Numbered from the stretch's first letter, positions 1 to 10,589 are shown. The stretch: DNA of 64,000 nucleotides from an uncultured Methylomirabilota bacterium (GCA_963842855.1 CAWJHW010000004.1:72684-136683); one strand, 5' to 3'. Numbers and translations are program-made. Notes: a model not told the origin generated them from the sequence alone.

Positions 1-205
1 TAATCAAGGGGGACAAGGCGCAACTGCTTTTTTTGGAGACTCGGAATTACGATATTGCAGAAATTGCGATATCTGCTATTACATAGCGCTTGATTCCGGT
101 CGGTTGGCTTGTACGTAAGCTTTCTCGTAAACAACTGCCCTATTCATAACGAACCGGACGGTTCTTTATCCGCTAACGGTCGTGTATGGGGCATCAACGA
201 CCGAA

Positions 206-991
206 TCAGGGCTTCTTGATGCTGAGATAGAGCCGTGAAAGGGCTCGGTTGGTATAGACCCTCATCCTCTTCGTGAACCAGGCTATATCGTCCTTGACAA
301 CAATGCGCCTGATCCTGAAAGGGTCCGAACCCGGCCCGACAACCCCGGGAACCGTAGTGAACAAGGCCTCGTATCCCCCCTCCCGCGCAACTTCTACCGC
401 CATATCGTTAAAGCTCCCCTTGGGCCAGCACAGGTAAGGACACGGCCTCCCCAGCTCCTGCTCAAGTACCCGCTTCGATTCGCGGATCTCCCATGCCAGC
501 TCTTCCCGGTCGAGCGTCGCGCATTTGCCATGGCTCGCTGCGTGAGAGTAAAACTCCACCAATCCGCTCGCCTCCATTCTCCGTACGATATCCCAGCCAA
601 GGATGACCTTTGCCGCATCCCCACGAGCAACGAAAGCCTTCGACTCCTCGTGCGTCGGCACGTCGTCCGGGAGGGTGCCGGCTCCTGCCGAGGCGGCGGC
701 TGTCCAGTCGGTGACGAGAAAGATTGCCGCGTTAAGCCGGTAGTGCTCAAGAACCGGAAACGCAAACAGGTAATTGTCGAGCCAGCCGTCATCGAACGTG
801 ATGACGACAGCTTTTTCGGAAACGACACACTTGCCGAGAATATGGCTTACCAGTTCATCGAGTTTAAGGGTCCGATACCCCGATTCGGCGAGATAGCGCA
901 TCTGCCCGGCAAAGACTTCGGGGCGTACCGTCAGCATGTCACTGCGATGACGGGTCACATGGTGGTACATCAGGACGGGGATGGGGCGCAT
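206..991 (-). CDS. polysaccharide deacetylase (NodB-homology, CE4-like)
   Basis: 261-aa ORF. IPVLMYHHV and ITFDDGW motifs are typical of NodB-type deacetylases. Same strand as the adjacent glycosyltransferase. Confidence 0.75.
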   Translation of the reverse strand: MRPIPVLMYHHVTRHRSDMLTVRPEVFAGQMRYLAESGYRTLKLDELVSHILGKCVVSEKAVVITFDDGWLDNYLFAFPVLEHYRLNAAIFLVTDWTAAASAGAGTLPDDVPTHEESKAFVARGDAAKVILGWDIVRRMEASGLVEFYSHAASHGKCATLDREELAWEIRESKRVLEQELGRPCPYLCWPKGSFNDMAVEVAREGGYEALFTTVPGVVGPGSDPFRIRRIVVKDDIAWFTKRMRVYTNRALSRLYLSIKKP

Positions 992-1064
992 GCATCACTC
1001 CAGTCGGCAAAATCGGAACAATACTCAAAAAATGCTTTTCCCGGGTAATCTCAGCGCGTGGCTG

Positions 1065-2168
1065 TCAACCGCTTTTTCTCCGCAGCAGGCGATCGTAGAA
1101 ATCCAGGGTCCGGGCGGCCATCGTCTCGTCGGTGAAGCCTGCCAGCACATGACGCCGCGCGGCCTCTCCAAGACGGCGCCGCAAGGGCATATTCTCCAGA
1201 AGCCTGGCAATCGCAGCAGCGAACGACTCCGGATTGCAGGAGTCGGCAAGCAGCCCGGTTTCCCCGTCTCTGATTAGTTCCGGTATCCCGCCGATGGGAG
1301 ACGCCACCACGGCTTTTTCCATGGCCATGGCCTCAGCAATGGATTGAGGCACCCCTTCCTTCTCCGAGGTCAGGACAAAGATGTCGGAAGCAGCAAGGAT
1401 TTCGGGAATGTCATCGCGATGCCCGGTAAAAACAACCCTGTCTCCGACCCTCGAATCCTCGGAGATCTTTCTCGTTTTTTCCAGACCAGGCCCATCTCCC
1501 ACAACCAGATATTTGACGTTCGGAAAGCGTTCCCCCAGAAGCTGTGCCGCGGCAATGAAGACATCATGCCGCTTCAGCCGCCGGATGACGGCCACCATGG
1601 TAACCACCATGTCCTGAGGAGATAAGCCGAGTTCGTCCCGCACCCGGCTTCCATCAACGTCCGGGGTGAAACGGTCGAGGCAAATCCCGGTCGGGATGGA
1701 GACGATTCTCTCCGGCCGTATCCGGTTGCGGTCGATCATCGCCTGGCGGATATGCTCGCCGGTGGTGATGATGCCGTCGGCCATCCGGTGGATGAAATTG
1801 AGCGGGCTATTTGACAGGGGTAAGGCGATGTGCCTCGTCCTGATAAGGAGGTCGACTCCCGCCAGCTTCGCCGCAAAGCCCCCCACCCAGCTGTCCTTGC
1901 CGCTGTGGGTGTTGACGATGGAGATGCCGTGCTTACGGATGATCCGGCTGATATTCCACATGGCCCGCAGATCGTAGCTTCGCCGGATGACGACCGGCTC
2001 GACGGGAATCCCCCGCTCGGCCGCTTTCCGAAAGAGGGGGCTCCCGGGCTGGCAGGCGATCAGCACCGTGTGCCCGCGGGAAATGAGCTTGGCACACTCC
2101 ATGATGATCCGCTGCTCCTGCCCGCCCCAGCCGGACGACCATTCCGTATGCAGAATCCTGTTTGCCAC
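1065..2168 (-). CDS. glycosyltransferase, GT4/GT1 family
   Basis: ORF 1065..2231, with a likely GTG start at 2168 (VANRILHTEWSSGWGGQE). The C-terminal EGVPQSIAEAMAMEKAVVAS matches the retaining GT4 E-x7-E region. Confidence 0.8.
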   Translation of the reverse strand: MANRILHTEWSSGWGGQEQRIIMECAKLISRGHTVLIACQPGSPLFRKAAERGIPVEPVVIRRSYDLRAMWNISRIIRKHGISIVNTHSGKDSWVGGFAAKLAGVDLLIRTRHIALPLSNSPLNFIHRMADGIITTGEHIRQAMIDRNRIRPERIVSIPTGICLDRFTPDVDGSRVRDELGLSPQDMVVTMVAVIRRLKRHDVFIAAAQLLGERFPNVKYLVVGDGPGLEKTRKISEDSRVGDRVVFTGHRDDIPEILAASDIFVLTSEKEGVPQSIAEAMAMEKAVVASPIGGIPELIRDGETGLLADSCNPESFAAAIARLLENMPLRRRLGEAARRHVLAGFTDETMAARTLDFYDRLLRRKSG

Positions 2169-2169
2169 G

Positions 2170-2595
2170 TTAGCCGGACACCTTGGCTTGCAGTTTTTCC
2201 AGCCGAACCGCCTGCACCTCGCCGGGCGCAATCTCCTCCAGACAGCGGCTCACCTTGCTCCCTGCACAGCCGTCCTTGCCGCACGGAGCGCACTCCCAGT
2301 CGCGCTGGACGGCCGTGTGCCGCCCGAAGGACTGGATGCCGTTGCGCCGGGAATAGGGAGTGGCTCCGCCGAGCTCCGCCGCATCATTGTCCCAGGGACG
2401 CCAGTGGAAGACACCGGACGGGCCGAAGAGGGCGCCGACCGGGGTGCCGATAGCCGCCGCAACGTGCATAGGCGCCGAGTCGACGCCGAAAAAGAGCGAG
2501 GCCCGCTCGGACACTGCGGCGAGTTCCTGGATGGTCGTCTTCCCCAGGAGAGGGAGGAGCGCCGCATGGGGCGGGAGGATTTTCTCTCCCTTCTC
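2170..2595 (-). pseudogene. C-terminal fragment of a GT9 (heptosyltransferase-like) glycosyltransferase
   Basis: The minus-frame translation LLPLLGKTTIQELAAVSERASLFFGVDSAPMHVAAAIGTPVGALFGPS is the conserved C-terminal third of GT9 enzymes. The frame is closed by a TAG near 2596. No N-terminal domain lies upstream, only low-GC filler and then IS630. Confidence 0.6.
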
Positions 2596-2893
2596 TAGTT
2601 CGCTGCGCTTCTAGCTTTTTCATCCGCCGTTCAAGACGCACCATTTAAATCGTGAGTGAGCATACCCCGTACACGCATGAACATAAAACGATGAGCCAGA
2701 ATCCCCACGATTCGAAGTTCATCGGATGCGTTTCTTGGGCAAAATCAATCAGAAACTTTGCGACGGCAAGTACCGGACGAATCGAACGCCCGACGATCTT
2801 GACCCACTCGTTCACGGCGCACCCCCGTATTGGTTAAGATCGTGCGCCAATCCTACTCGCGGCGGGTGTACAAATCAAACTATACACGGCGTC

Positions 2894-3932
2894 TTAAATA
2901 ATACAGCACAATTTCCGCAATGTATCATTGGGAGCATTCCAGATCATATGCTGTTTGGCCACCGCATCGACTAGAGCTTCAAGCCTTTCAAAATAGGTAT
3001 TGTGCGTGCAGAGCCTTCGGGTCAGCTTCCAGACCCGCTCGATCGGGTTCAATTCGGGACTATAGGCCGGGAGAAACTCCAAGGCCAGCTCGTGGCGGTG
3101 GTGCCGGAGGAACGGTTGGAGCACGACCGCGTGGTGGTACTTCGCATTGTCGAGGAGGATCACCATCTCCCGTGCCCTACGTCGGTGTCGGAGCAGCCGG
3201 CCAAGGAAGCCTTGAAACGTCACGGCATTGAACTTCGGGTCAAATTGAGTCACCAGTTTCCCCGTGCTGACGTTGACCGCACCGAATAAGGCCGCCGACT
3301 TGCGGGTCGGCGCCAGCAGGAGAATGGGATCCTTATCCTCTGGGGGCACCCACATGGTGGCTCGGGATCCATGCTGCTGGAAGTGGCATTCATCCAGACT
3401 CCACAGATCCACGTCGTCTCTTCGGGCCAGCCGGCGGCGTTTTTTTAAAAGCCTGCTGCGCCTCCGGATTCGCCCGGGCAATGACCGGCCGCGGTTTTCG
3501 CAGCCGGAACTCCAGGTGATGAAACAACCGTTGACACTGGCGCACGCCCAACACCACCTGCTCGGCCTGGGCGAGGTGGTGCGACAACAGCTTCCCATCC
3601 CAGAGGTTCTGGGCGTATCCGAACGCGCGCGGCGAGGTCCGAAGAGCCCGATTCACGCGCGGCAACTGCTCGGGCGTCAGCCGCTGCGGACGCCCCGGTC
3701 GCTCCTGGTCCTGCAAGCCGCTGAACCCTCTCGTCTCGAAACTCCGGACCCATCGCTGAATGGTGGTCGGATCATGTCCGAACACCCCGCCGACTTCATA
3801 ACAGGACATGCCGTGAGAGACGAGCAACACTCCGTGGAGCCGGTGATCATACCGTGCCTCTTCGGACCGGAGGATTTCGTTCTGCAAGGCGATTTGCATC
3901 ATCTCGCGATCGGTGATCTCCAAACGTCTCAT
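2894..3932 (-). CDS. IS630-family transposase, in two frames joined at an A7 run
   Basis: The HTH frame is 3390..3932. The DDE frame is 2894..3598 (DECHFQQHG, LDNAKYHH, AYSPELNPIERVW). They overlap at AAAAAAA (3440-3446, minus strand). Removing one A gives a single ORF of about 345 aa. This could be slippage, a mutation or a homopolymer error. Confidence 0.8.
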
Positions 3933-4004
3933 CTCGTGTCCCTCCTCAAGCCTAAAATACGCGAGGGACGACGAGAATTCAACAGAATTATGCTGTATTA
4001 CTTA
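2895..4004 (-). mobile_element. IS630-family insertion sequence (~1.1 kb)
   Basis: Imperfect 19-bp terminal inverted repeats match at 17/19: TAAATAATACAGCACAATT (2895-2913) against the reverse complement of 3986-4004, TAAGTAATACAGCATAATT. They enclose an IS630/Tc1-type transposase. Confidence 0.8.
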
Positions 4005-4177
4005 TGACGTCCTATATAGAACGCTCCCATCCCGTTCCTTGTGCACTACGAGAGCGAAGTGGATAGCCCCCTCGAGCGTATTGTCCCCCTCATGATCACA
4101 ACGAACAGCCAAGCAACACGGCTCGAAAGTATAGCAGCTCCCCTCTCGAGCCGAGAGGGCCACCACGATATGAAGAA

Positions 4178-4212
4178 GGCGCGGGGTTCCATGAGCCCCG
4201 CGCCTTTTCTTT
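4178..4212 (-). terminator. GC-rich hairpin, candidate (bidirectional) intrinsic terminator downstream of glnS
   Basis: GGCGCGGGG-N9-CCCCGCGCC stem, flanked by TTTTCTTT on the plus strand and UUCUUCAU on the minus transcript. It lies 40 nt after the glnS stop. Confidence 0.45.
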
Positions 4213-4250
4213 GCCACCCAGTGCTCCGGAGACTGCCGAGGCCGATGGGG

Positions 4251-5948
4251 CTATCCGGCCCGCTGGGCCTTCTCGATCTTGGCCCATTCGTCTTTCAGGG
4301 ACACGGCCCGGTTGAACACCAGCTTTCCGCTGGCGGCATCGGGGTCCACGCAGAAATAACCCTGGCGCTCGAACTGGTAGATGCTCCCGATTTTGGCTTT
4401 GGCCAGGCCGGGCTCGACCCGGCACCCGCTCAAAACCTCCAGCGAGTTGGGGCTCAAGTTCGCCAGGAAATCCTTGCCCCCGGGGGCATCGTCCGGATCC
4501 TCTTTCACGAAGAGTCGGTCGTACAGCCGCACCTCGGCCGGCGCGGCGTGCGCCGCCGAGACCCAGTGGATGGTGGCCTTCACTTTGCGGCCGTCCGGCG
4601 CATCGCCGCCGCGCGTCGCCGGGTCATAGGTGCACCTGAGCTCCACGACGTTCCCCTGCCCGTCCTTCACCACGTCCACGCACTTGAGAAAGTACGCGTA
4701 GCGTAGGCGGACCTCGCGCCCCGGCGCGAGACGGTAATACTTGGGCGGCGGGTTCTCGCGAAAGTCGTCCCGCTCGATGTACAGCACGCGCGAGAACGGG
4801 ACGAGGCGCGTCCCGGCGCCCGGGTCTTCGGGGTTGTTTACCGCCGCCAGTTCCTCTCCCTGCCCCTCGGGGTAGTTCTCGATCACCACGCGCAGCGGTT
4901 TGAGCACGCCCATCACGCGCGGGGCCCGCCTGTTCAGGTCCTCGCGCAGGCAATGCTCCAGCAGGGCGATGTCCACCGTGCTGTCTTTCTTGGCCACGCC
5001 GATCCGGTCGCAGAAATCCCGGATGGCCTCCGGCGTGTACCCCCGGCGGCGCAGGCCGGAGAGCGTGGGCATGCGCGCATCGTCCCAGCCCATCACGTGC
5101 CCGTCCTGCACCAGCCGCAGGAGCTTGCGCTTGCTCAGCACGGTGTAGGAGACATTGAGGCGCGCGAACTCGATCTGGCGGGGATGGTAAATCTCCAACT
5201 CGTCGAGATACCAGTTGTACAGCGGGCGATGATCCTCGTACTCCAGCGAGCACAGCGAGTGGGTGATGCCCTCGATGGAGTCCGACTGGCCGTGGGCAAA
5301 GTCATACATCGGATAGATGCACCACGTGTCGCCCGTGCGGTGATGCGAGGCGCGGAGGATGCGATACATCACCGGGTCGCGCAGATTGATGTTGCCGGAG
5401 GCCATGTCAATCTTGGCGCGCAGGGTGCGCGAGCCGTCCGGAAATTCTCCGGCCCGCATGCGGGCGAACAAGTCCTGGTTCTCCTCCACCGGCCGGTTCC
5501 GGTACGGGCTCTCCTGGCCCGGCTCGGTGAGCGTGCCGCGGTACTCACGCATCTGGTCGGCGCTCAGGTCGCACACGTAGGCCTTGCCCTTCCGGATGAG
5601 CATGACGGCGTACGCGTACAACCGTTCGAAGTAATCGGAGGCGTAGTACCGCCGGTCTTCCCAGTCGAAGCCCAGCCAGCGGATGTCCTGCTGGATGGAC
5701 TCGACGTACTCCACCTCCTCCTTCACCGGGTTAGTATCGTCGAAGCGCAAGTTACACTGGCCGCCGAATTCCGCCGCGATGCCGAAGTCAATGCAAATGG
5801 CCTTGGCGTGGCCGATGTGCAGATACCCGTTCGGCTCTGGAGGGAAGCGGGTGTGGACGCGGGCGTAGCGGCCGGCTTTCAAATCCTCCATCACCGCGGC
5901 CCGGATGAAGTCCACAGTCTGATTGGAGTCGCTCATCGTCTTGGTCAT
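4251..5948 (-). CDS. glnS: glutamine--tRNA ligase
   Basis: HIGH motif ([11 protein letters not shown]), a KMSKS-like VLSKRKL, and end-to-end class I GlnRS-like sequence. Start taken at ATG 5948 ([10 protein letters not shown]). The 46 upstream codons of the track ORF are Arg-rich read-through. Confidence 0.9.
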   Translation of the reverse strand: MTKTMSDSNQTVDFIRAAVMEDLKAGRYARVHTRFPPEPNGYLHIGHAKAICIDFGIAAEFGGQCNLRFDDTNPVKEEVEYVESIQQDIRWLGFDWEDRRYYASDYFERLYAYAVMLIRKGKAYVCDLSADQMREYRGTLTEPGQESPYRNRPVEENQDLFARMRAGEFPDGSRTLRAKIDMASGNINLRDPVMYRILRASHHRTGDTWCIYPMYDFAHGQSDSIEGITHSLCSLEYEDHRPLYNWYLDELEIYHPRQIEFARLNVSYTVLSKRKLLRLVQDGHVMGWDDARMPTLSGLRRRGYTPEAIRDFCDRIGVAKKDSTVDIALLEHCLREDLNRRAPRVMGVLKPLRVVIENYPEGQGEELAAVNNPEDPGAGTRLVPFSRVLYIERDDFRENPPPKYYRLAPGREVRLRYAYFLKCVDVVKDGQGNVVELRCTYDPATRGGDAPDGRKVKATIHWVSAAHAAPAEVRLYDRLFVKEDPDDAPGGKDFLANLSPNSLEVLSGCRVEPGLAKAKIGSIYQFERQGYFCVDPDAASGKLVFNRAVSLKDEWAKIEKAQRAG

Positions 5949-6588
5949 GTCTCTTCCGGGTAGAAGGTCTCGCCGGTTGTCGCAAACGGCGCCCCCCCGT
6001 CGGGCCCGACGGCGTCGTCCTCCGGGGGTCTGGACGCCCGATCGTCGACTGGCCCCAGCATGCCGCAATCGCGCGGCGGCTGTCAAGCCGGAAGAGGGGA
6101 AGGAAGAGGGGACGGGCGGGTCAGGAGGAGACCGGCACGTTCGGGGGGCGCTTGCAGCTTCCGAATCGCGGCTATCGGTTCCCCGCCGGACTCAAGTGCA
6201 AGATCCGCTTCCCGGACTAGACCCTCCTGCCGGAATAGGGAAGCCGCGGGATGACCCCATTCTTCGCTCGGCAATCTCGTGAGCATGAACCCAAGCGCAA
6301 TTCGTGTGTTTGCCTGCCATCCAGTATCGCCGCAGGATGTGGACCAGTGAGCGGGTGGGTTCGGATATCTGCAGTTGTTAGCGGTAAGGAGTTTCGGTAT
6401 ATTAGCCCCCAGATTCCCCTGACAAAAAATGTCCGTGGCGGGTCAAACTGTTTACATACCGAGAAGAATGGCACCTGGTTTCCAGGGACGCAGGGACAAG
6501 GCAAAGAAGGGGAATCCGATTACGGAAGTGCCTGTCTTTTCTGGTGAAAACAGCCCTTGCGGCTACTGGCCTGACGGCCGTGCAGCGG

Positions 6589-6605
6589 TGGCATGGATAC
6601 TGCTT
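6589..6605 (+). promoter_or_regulatory. candidate sigma54 (-24/-12) promoter
   Basis: TGGCATGGATACTGCTT fits TGGCAC-N5-TTGCW with correct GG/GC spacing. It lies about 100 nt upstream of the pseudopilin start. A weaker copy, TGGCACCTGGTTTCCA, lies near 6470. Confidence 0.4.
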
Positions 6606-6701
6606 GGGAAAGTGTAGACTCAGTGTATGACTGCGGGACACCTGCTTCACGACGGGAGGACCGTACCTTCGATTTTCATCCATAATCATGAGGGCGTAGA
6701 G

Positions 6702-7154
6702 ATGACCGGACTCCCGCGCAAGACGGGGAAAGGGTTCACCCTGATCGAGCTGCTCATCGTCGTGGTCATCATCGGCCTCCTGGCAGCCATCGCCATCCCC
6801 AACCTCCTGAGTGCCCAGCGGAAGGCGAAATATAGCCGGGCTGCCGCGGATACGAGAAACGCTGTGACCCAGGCCATTGTGTTCGCAACCGACAAGAACG
6901 TCTACCCGACCAGCATCCAGGCGATCCGCGATGCCGGACTGACCAACGTCAGCGACACGGATCCGTGGGGAGTTCCATATGTCCTCTCCCCGACGCTTGC
7001 CGGGGGCCTGCCGCCTGGATACGCCGACGACATATACATCTACAGCAAAGGCACCGGTGCCGCAGGAACCTATCCCGTTCCATTTGTGACCAACACCGGA
7101 ATCGGCGGCTCCGTCGGATATTCCTCGGTCTATGGATCCTGGGCCGGCAGCTAG
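6702..7154 (+). CDS. GspG-like major pseudopilin / type IV pilin-like protein
   Basis: Prepilin N-terminal methylation motif KG|FTLIELLIVVVIIGLLAAIAIP with Glu at +5. DPWGVPY motif as in GspG. Start taken at ATG 6702 inside track ORF 6627..7154. Confidence 0.75.
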   Translation: MTGLPRKTGKGFTLIELLIVVVIIGLLAAIAIPNLLSAQRKAKYSRAAADTRNAVTQAIVFATDKNVYPTSIQAIRDAGLTNVSDTDPWGVPYVLSPTLAGGLPPGYADDIYIYSKGTGAAGTYPVPFVTNTGIGGSVGYSSVYGSWAGS

Positions 7155-7348
7155 AGGTCCCGCACCCCACCCCATCTCCATCGACAGGCATTTGGCGCGA
7201 AGGGCCCCCCTCACAGGGAGTTGTCTGGTTCAGCAGCCCGATCCTCCTTCCGGCTGGACGAATGCGGTGAAGGCGGGTACGCTCTCTCGCCAGACCGATC
7301 AGACCACGAGCTGAAACAATCACCGGAGGGGATTCAAAGGAGAAACCC

Positions 7349-8134
7349 ATGGCCGAACTCTTTGAGAACCGCGTCAAGCGAATGCTCAAGGCCGGAAAGA
7401 AGACCGCGGGAGCCTGGTCGCAACTGTGCAGCCCCGCTTCGACGGAGATCCTGTGCCGGGCGGGCTTTGACTGGATTCTGATCGACATGGAGCATTCCCC
7501 GAGTGACATGCAGACGCTCTTGGCGATGCTCCAGGCCATGGGGGGATACGGGGCCGTGCCCATCGTGCGCGCGCCGTGGAACGACATGGTGTGGATCAAG
7601 CGGATCCTGGATGCCGGAGCCTACGGCGTCATGGTCCCTTCGGTCAACACGCGGGAGCAGGCGATAGCCGCGGTGCAGGCCTGCAAGTACCCGCCGGTTG
7701 GCGTGCGAGGGATCGCGGGGAGCCCGCGCGCAGCGGGGTTCGGGCGGGATACCGTGAGCTATCTCAAGCGCGCGAATGACGAGATCCTGGTGATCCTCCA
7801 GGTCGAGACGCCCCAGGCCGTCGAGAACCTGGACGAGATCGGCAAGGTCCCAGGTGTGGACGTCCTTTTCATCGGCCCCATGGACCTGTCCACCTCCATG
7901 GGGCACCTCGGGGATCCCGGCCACCCGGAGGTGCAGGCAGCCATTGCCAAAGTCGAGGCGAAGGCCAAGGCCCTGGGCATCCCGCTGGGGACGATTTCCG
8001 GCGGATGGGAGCAGGCCAAGGCTCTGTACGACCGCGGGTATCAACTGATCACCCTGCTTTCGGACGTGATCTTACTCTCGCGGAGTTCGGTGGACAGCAT
8101 CGCCAAGTTCCGGGAGGCGTTCCCGCAGGGGTAG
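7349..8134 (+). CDS. HpcH/HpaI-family 2-keto-3-deoxy-acid aldolase
   Basis: 261 aa. DWILIDMEHSP, VMVPSVNTREQA and LQVETPQAVENLDEI match the HpaI/HpcH aldolase fold family. Confidence 0.8.
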   Translation: MAELFENRVKRMLKAGKKTAGAWSQLCSPASTEILCRAGFDWILIDMEHSPSDMQTLLAMLQAMGGYGAVPIVRAPWNDMVWIKRILDAGAYGVMVPSVNTREQAIAAVQACKYPPVGVRGIAGSPRAAGFGRDTVSYLKRANDEILVILQVETPQAVENLDEIGKVPGVDVLFIGPMDLSTSMGHLGDPGHPEVQAAIAKVEAKAKALGIPLGTISGGWEQAKALYDRGYQLITLLSDVILLSRSSVDSIAKFREAFPQG

Positions 8135-8135
8135 A

Positions 8136-8335
8136 GGTGAGAGCCTAGAGCCCCGAGCCGCGAGCCGAGAAGCGGCACGACAAGAGAGGGCGTACGAAGG
8201 TACGAGGGGACGAAGGGACGAAATACAGGCTGGCAAGCTGGCAAGCCAGCATGCTGGCCTGCAAGCGTGCAAGCAGCGGCGTACATTCGTACGTGCGTAC
8301 ACTCGTACGCCGTTGGCATGGGGATGACCTCACGC
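8136..8335. repeat. intergenic word-repeat element (GAGCC, GTACGA, GCTGGCAAGC and CGTACAYTCGTACG blocks)
   Basis: Four consecutive blocks of tandem short words fill the aldolase-PHP spacer. Block 8278-8311 recurs almost unchanged at 11480-11513. Confidence 0.7.
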
Positions 8336-8372
8336 CGTTGCTCCTGTGGGTCACCCTCGGCCTCGCGGGAAA

Positions 8373-9215
8373 ATGCGGATTGACCTGCACACGCACACGA
8401 CGGCCTCGGACGGACTGCTGAGTCCGGAGGCCTTAGTGCAAGCCGTCCGGGCCGCCCACCTGGACGTATTCAGCATCACCGACCACGACACGCTAGAAGC
8501 TCTGGGGGAGGCTGAGGCGCGCGCTCGCGCCCTGGGTCTTCGTCTGATCCCAGGGGTTGAGCTTTCCGCCATGTGGCGAAACAAATTTGAGTTGCACCTC
8601 CTGGGCTATTTCTTCGATTCCGCTGGTTCACGGCTGCCCGGCTTCCTCCGCGAGAGGCGAGAGGCCCGCCGTACGCGACTCGAGGCGATGCTCAATCGGC
8701 TGCGTGCGCTGGGCATCGTCGTCGCGGCGGAAGAGGTTCTGGCCTGCGCCATGAATGAAAACGTGGGGCGACCTCATCTCGCCCGGGTCCTGGCGCAGCG
8801 TGGCTTCGTCTCCAACACCGACGAGGCGTTCGACAAGTATCTGGCCGAGGGCAAGGCGGCCTTCGTTCCGCGCCCCGATGTGACCGTCGTCGAGGCGATC
8901 CAGGTGATCCACGAGGCGGGCGGGCTGGCCTCGCTGGCCCATCCCGGCCTGCACGACCATGACGAGGCGATCCCCGACTTGGTCGCGGCCGGGCTGGACG
9001 CGATCGAGGCGTACCACGGAACGCATACCCGCGGCCAGGTGAGGCATTACCGCCGCCTGGCCGAGCGACGGGGACTCTTGGTGACGGGCGGCTCGGACTT
9101 TCACGGGGCCGGGGGGCGTGATTACGCTCCCGCGCCCGGGATGCCTTGCCTGCCGGAGGCGGATTTCTCAAGGCTCGAGGCGGCCGCGTCGCGGCGCGCC
9201 GCCGCGCGCCGCTAG
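8373..9215 (+). CDS. PHP-domain phosphoesterase (TrpH/YciV-like)
   Basis: MRIDLHTHTTASDG start plus the downstream His/Asp metal-ligand pattern of PHP domains. Start taken at ATG 8373. Confidence 0.75.
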   Translation: MRIDLHTHTTASDGLLSPEALVQAVRAAHLDVFSITDHDTLEALGEAEARARALGLRLIPGVELSAMWRNKFELHLLGYFFDSAGSRLPGFLRERREARRTRLEAMLNRLRALGIVVAAEEVLACAMNENVGRPHLARVLAQRGFVSNTDEAFDKYLAEGKAAFVPRPDVTVVEAIQVIHEAGGLASLAHPGLHDHDEAIPDLVAAGLDAIEAYHGTHTRGQVRHYRRLAERRGLLVTGGSDFHGAGGRDYAPAPGMPCLPEADFSRLEAAASRRAAARR

Positions 9216-9512
9216 TGCGGCCTTCCTCGACCTCCATCCCCGCCACGCTTCCGGCCTGTTCCTCGGCTCTCCGGCACCCGCGCGGCTACCCGGCTCCCGG
9301 CTCTTCCCCTCCCCCCGCGGGTACTGGCTGCTTTCCCTCAGGCGCATCGCGGGGCCAGGGGGCTGTTTCCGCGCGATGCTTCCGCCAGCACTGCAAGCAG
9401 GCAGCGCTTGTCAGCCCGAGGCAAATCCAGTATCATCCACCGTCCGCCTGCCGACCCACCGGAGCCGGGGTGCAAGGGGTGCGGGCGGCGGTGCGGAGGG
9501 GGGAGCTTTTCC

Positions 9513-10589
9513 ATGGATGATCTGGACAAGCGACTGCTGAATGTGATCCAAGCGGATTTCCCGCTGGTGTCCCGCCCATTCCAGGCCCTGGGTACGCCAC
9601 GTTCGCTCACAGAAGTTGCGGTCATTGACCGGATCGCCGCCCTCAAGCAGCAGCGGATCATCCGCCAGATCAGTGCCATCTTCGACACCCGCAGCCTCGG
9701 GTATCGAAGCAGTCTGGTGGCGATGCGCGTCCAGCCGGAGAGACTGGACGCGGCCGCGGCGGTGGTGAACGGCCATCCCGGGGTCAGTCACAACTACCAG
9801 CGGAACCACGCCTTCAACCTCTGGTTCACCCTGGCGGTGCCGCCGACGAGCGACTTCGAGTGGACGGTGCAGCACCTGCATGCCATGGCCGGGGCCGATT
9901 CGACGCGGGTCCTGCCCACGCTGCGCCTCTTCAAGATCGGGATGCAGCTAGACATGGAGGGAAAGAACGGGGCGGAGCGCGATGAGTCCGGCGCGGGGGG
10001 ATACACCGATGCGCGTCGCCCGTCGGCCGGCCGGGACGGCCTGCGCCCGATCGACATCGCCGCCATCCGCGAGCTGCAGGAGGACATCCCGTTGATCCCG
10101 GAGCCCTATTGGCCCATGGCGGAACGGATGGGCCTTGCGGAGCCGGTCCTTTTCGAGGTGGCGGCGCACCTTGCCGCGCAGGGATACCTCCGGCGGATGG
10201 CCGCCGTCCTGTACCATCGCGAAGCGGGCTTCCGCGCCAACGCCATGGGTGTGTGGGTCGTGCCCCCCGAGCGAACGGAGGAAGTCGGGCGGATCATGGG
10301 GAGCTTCAAGGCCGTGAGCCACTGCTATCTCCGGCCCACCTACCCGGACTGGCCCTACAGCATCTTCACCATGGTCCACGGGCAGAAGGCGCGCGATTGC
10401 CAGGAGATCATCACGGCCATTTGCCAGGCGACCGGCATCACCGAGTACGCCCTCCTGTACAGCACGAAGGAATACCAGAAGATCCGCCTGAAATACTTCA
10501 CCCCCGAGTTGGACGAATGGGAGGCGCGCGCGCGGCGAGCCGTGGACGATGCGGCCGCACTTCCCGCCCCGGCGGGCCAGCGGAACTAG
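9513..10589 (+). CDS. fused two-module siroheme decarboxylase (AhbA/AhbB, NirDL-like; AsnC/Lrp fold)
   Basis: Two tandem NirD/NirL-type modules. The first begins MDDLDKRLLNVIQADFPLVSRPF. The second begins IDIAAIRELQEDIPLIPEPY. Start taken at ATG 9513. Confidence 0.6.
   Translation: MDDLDKRLLNVIQADFPLVSRPFQALGTPRSLTEVAVIDRIAALKQQRIIRQISAIFDTRSLGYRSSLVAMRVQPERLDAAAAVVNGHPGVSHNYQRNHAFNLWFTLAVPPTSDFEWTVQHLHAMAGADSTRVLPTLRLFKIGMQLDMEGKNGAERDESGAGGYTDARRPSAGRDGLRPIDIAAIRELQEDIPLIPEPYWPMAERMGLAEPVLFEVAAHLAAQGYLRRMAAVLYHREAGFRANAMGVWVVPPERTEEVGRIMGSFKAVSHCYLRPTYPDWPYSIFTMVHGQKARDCQEIITAICQATGITEYALLYSTKEYQKIRLKYFTPELDEWEARARRAVDDAAALPAPAGQRN

Noticed and set aside
6402-7599. Minus-strand ORFs 6402..7214 (270 aa) and 6949..7599 (216 aa).
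   Set aside because: They overlap, in antisense, the prepilin-motif gene and the aldolase start. No family motifs are present.
8136-8335. CRISPR array hypothesis for the short tandem repeats, also at 11426-11530, 24793-24895 and 62861-62975.
   Set aside because: The units are 6-12 nt words with no unique spacers of 25-40 nt. The arrays span only 30-200 bp, and no cas genes are present.
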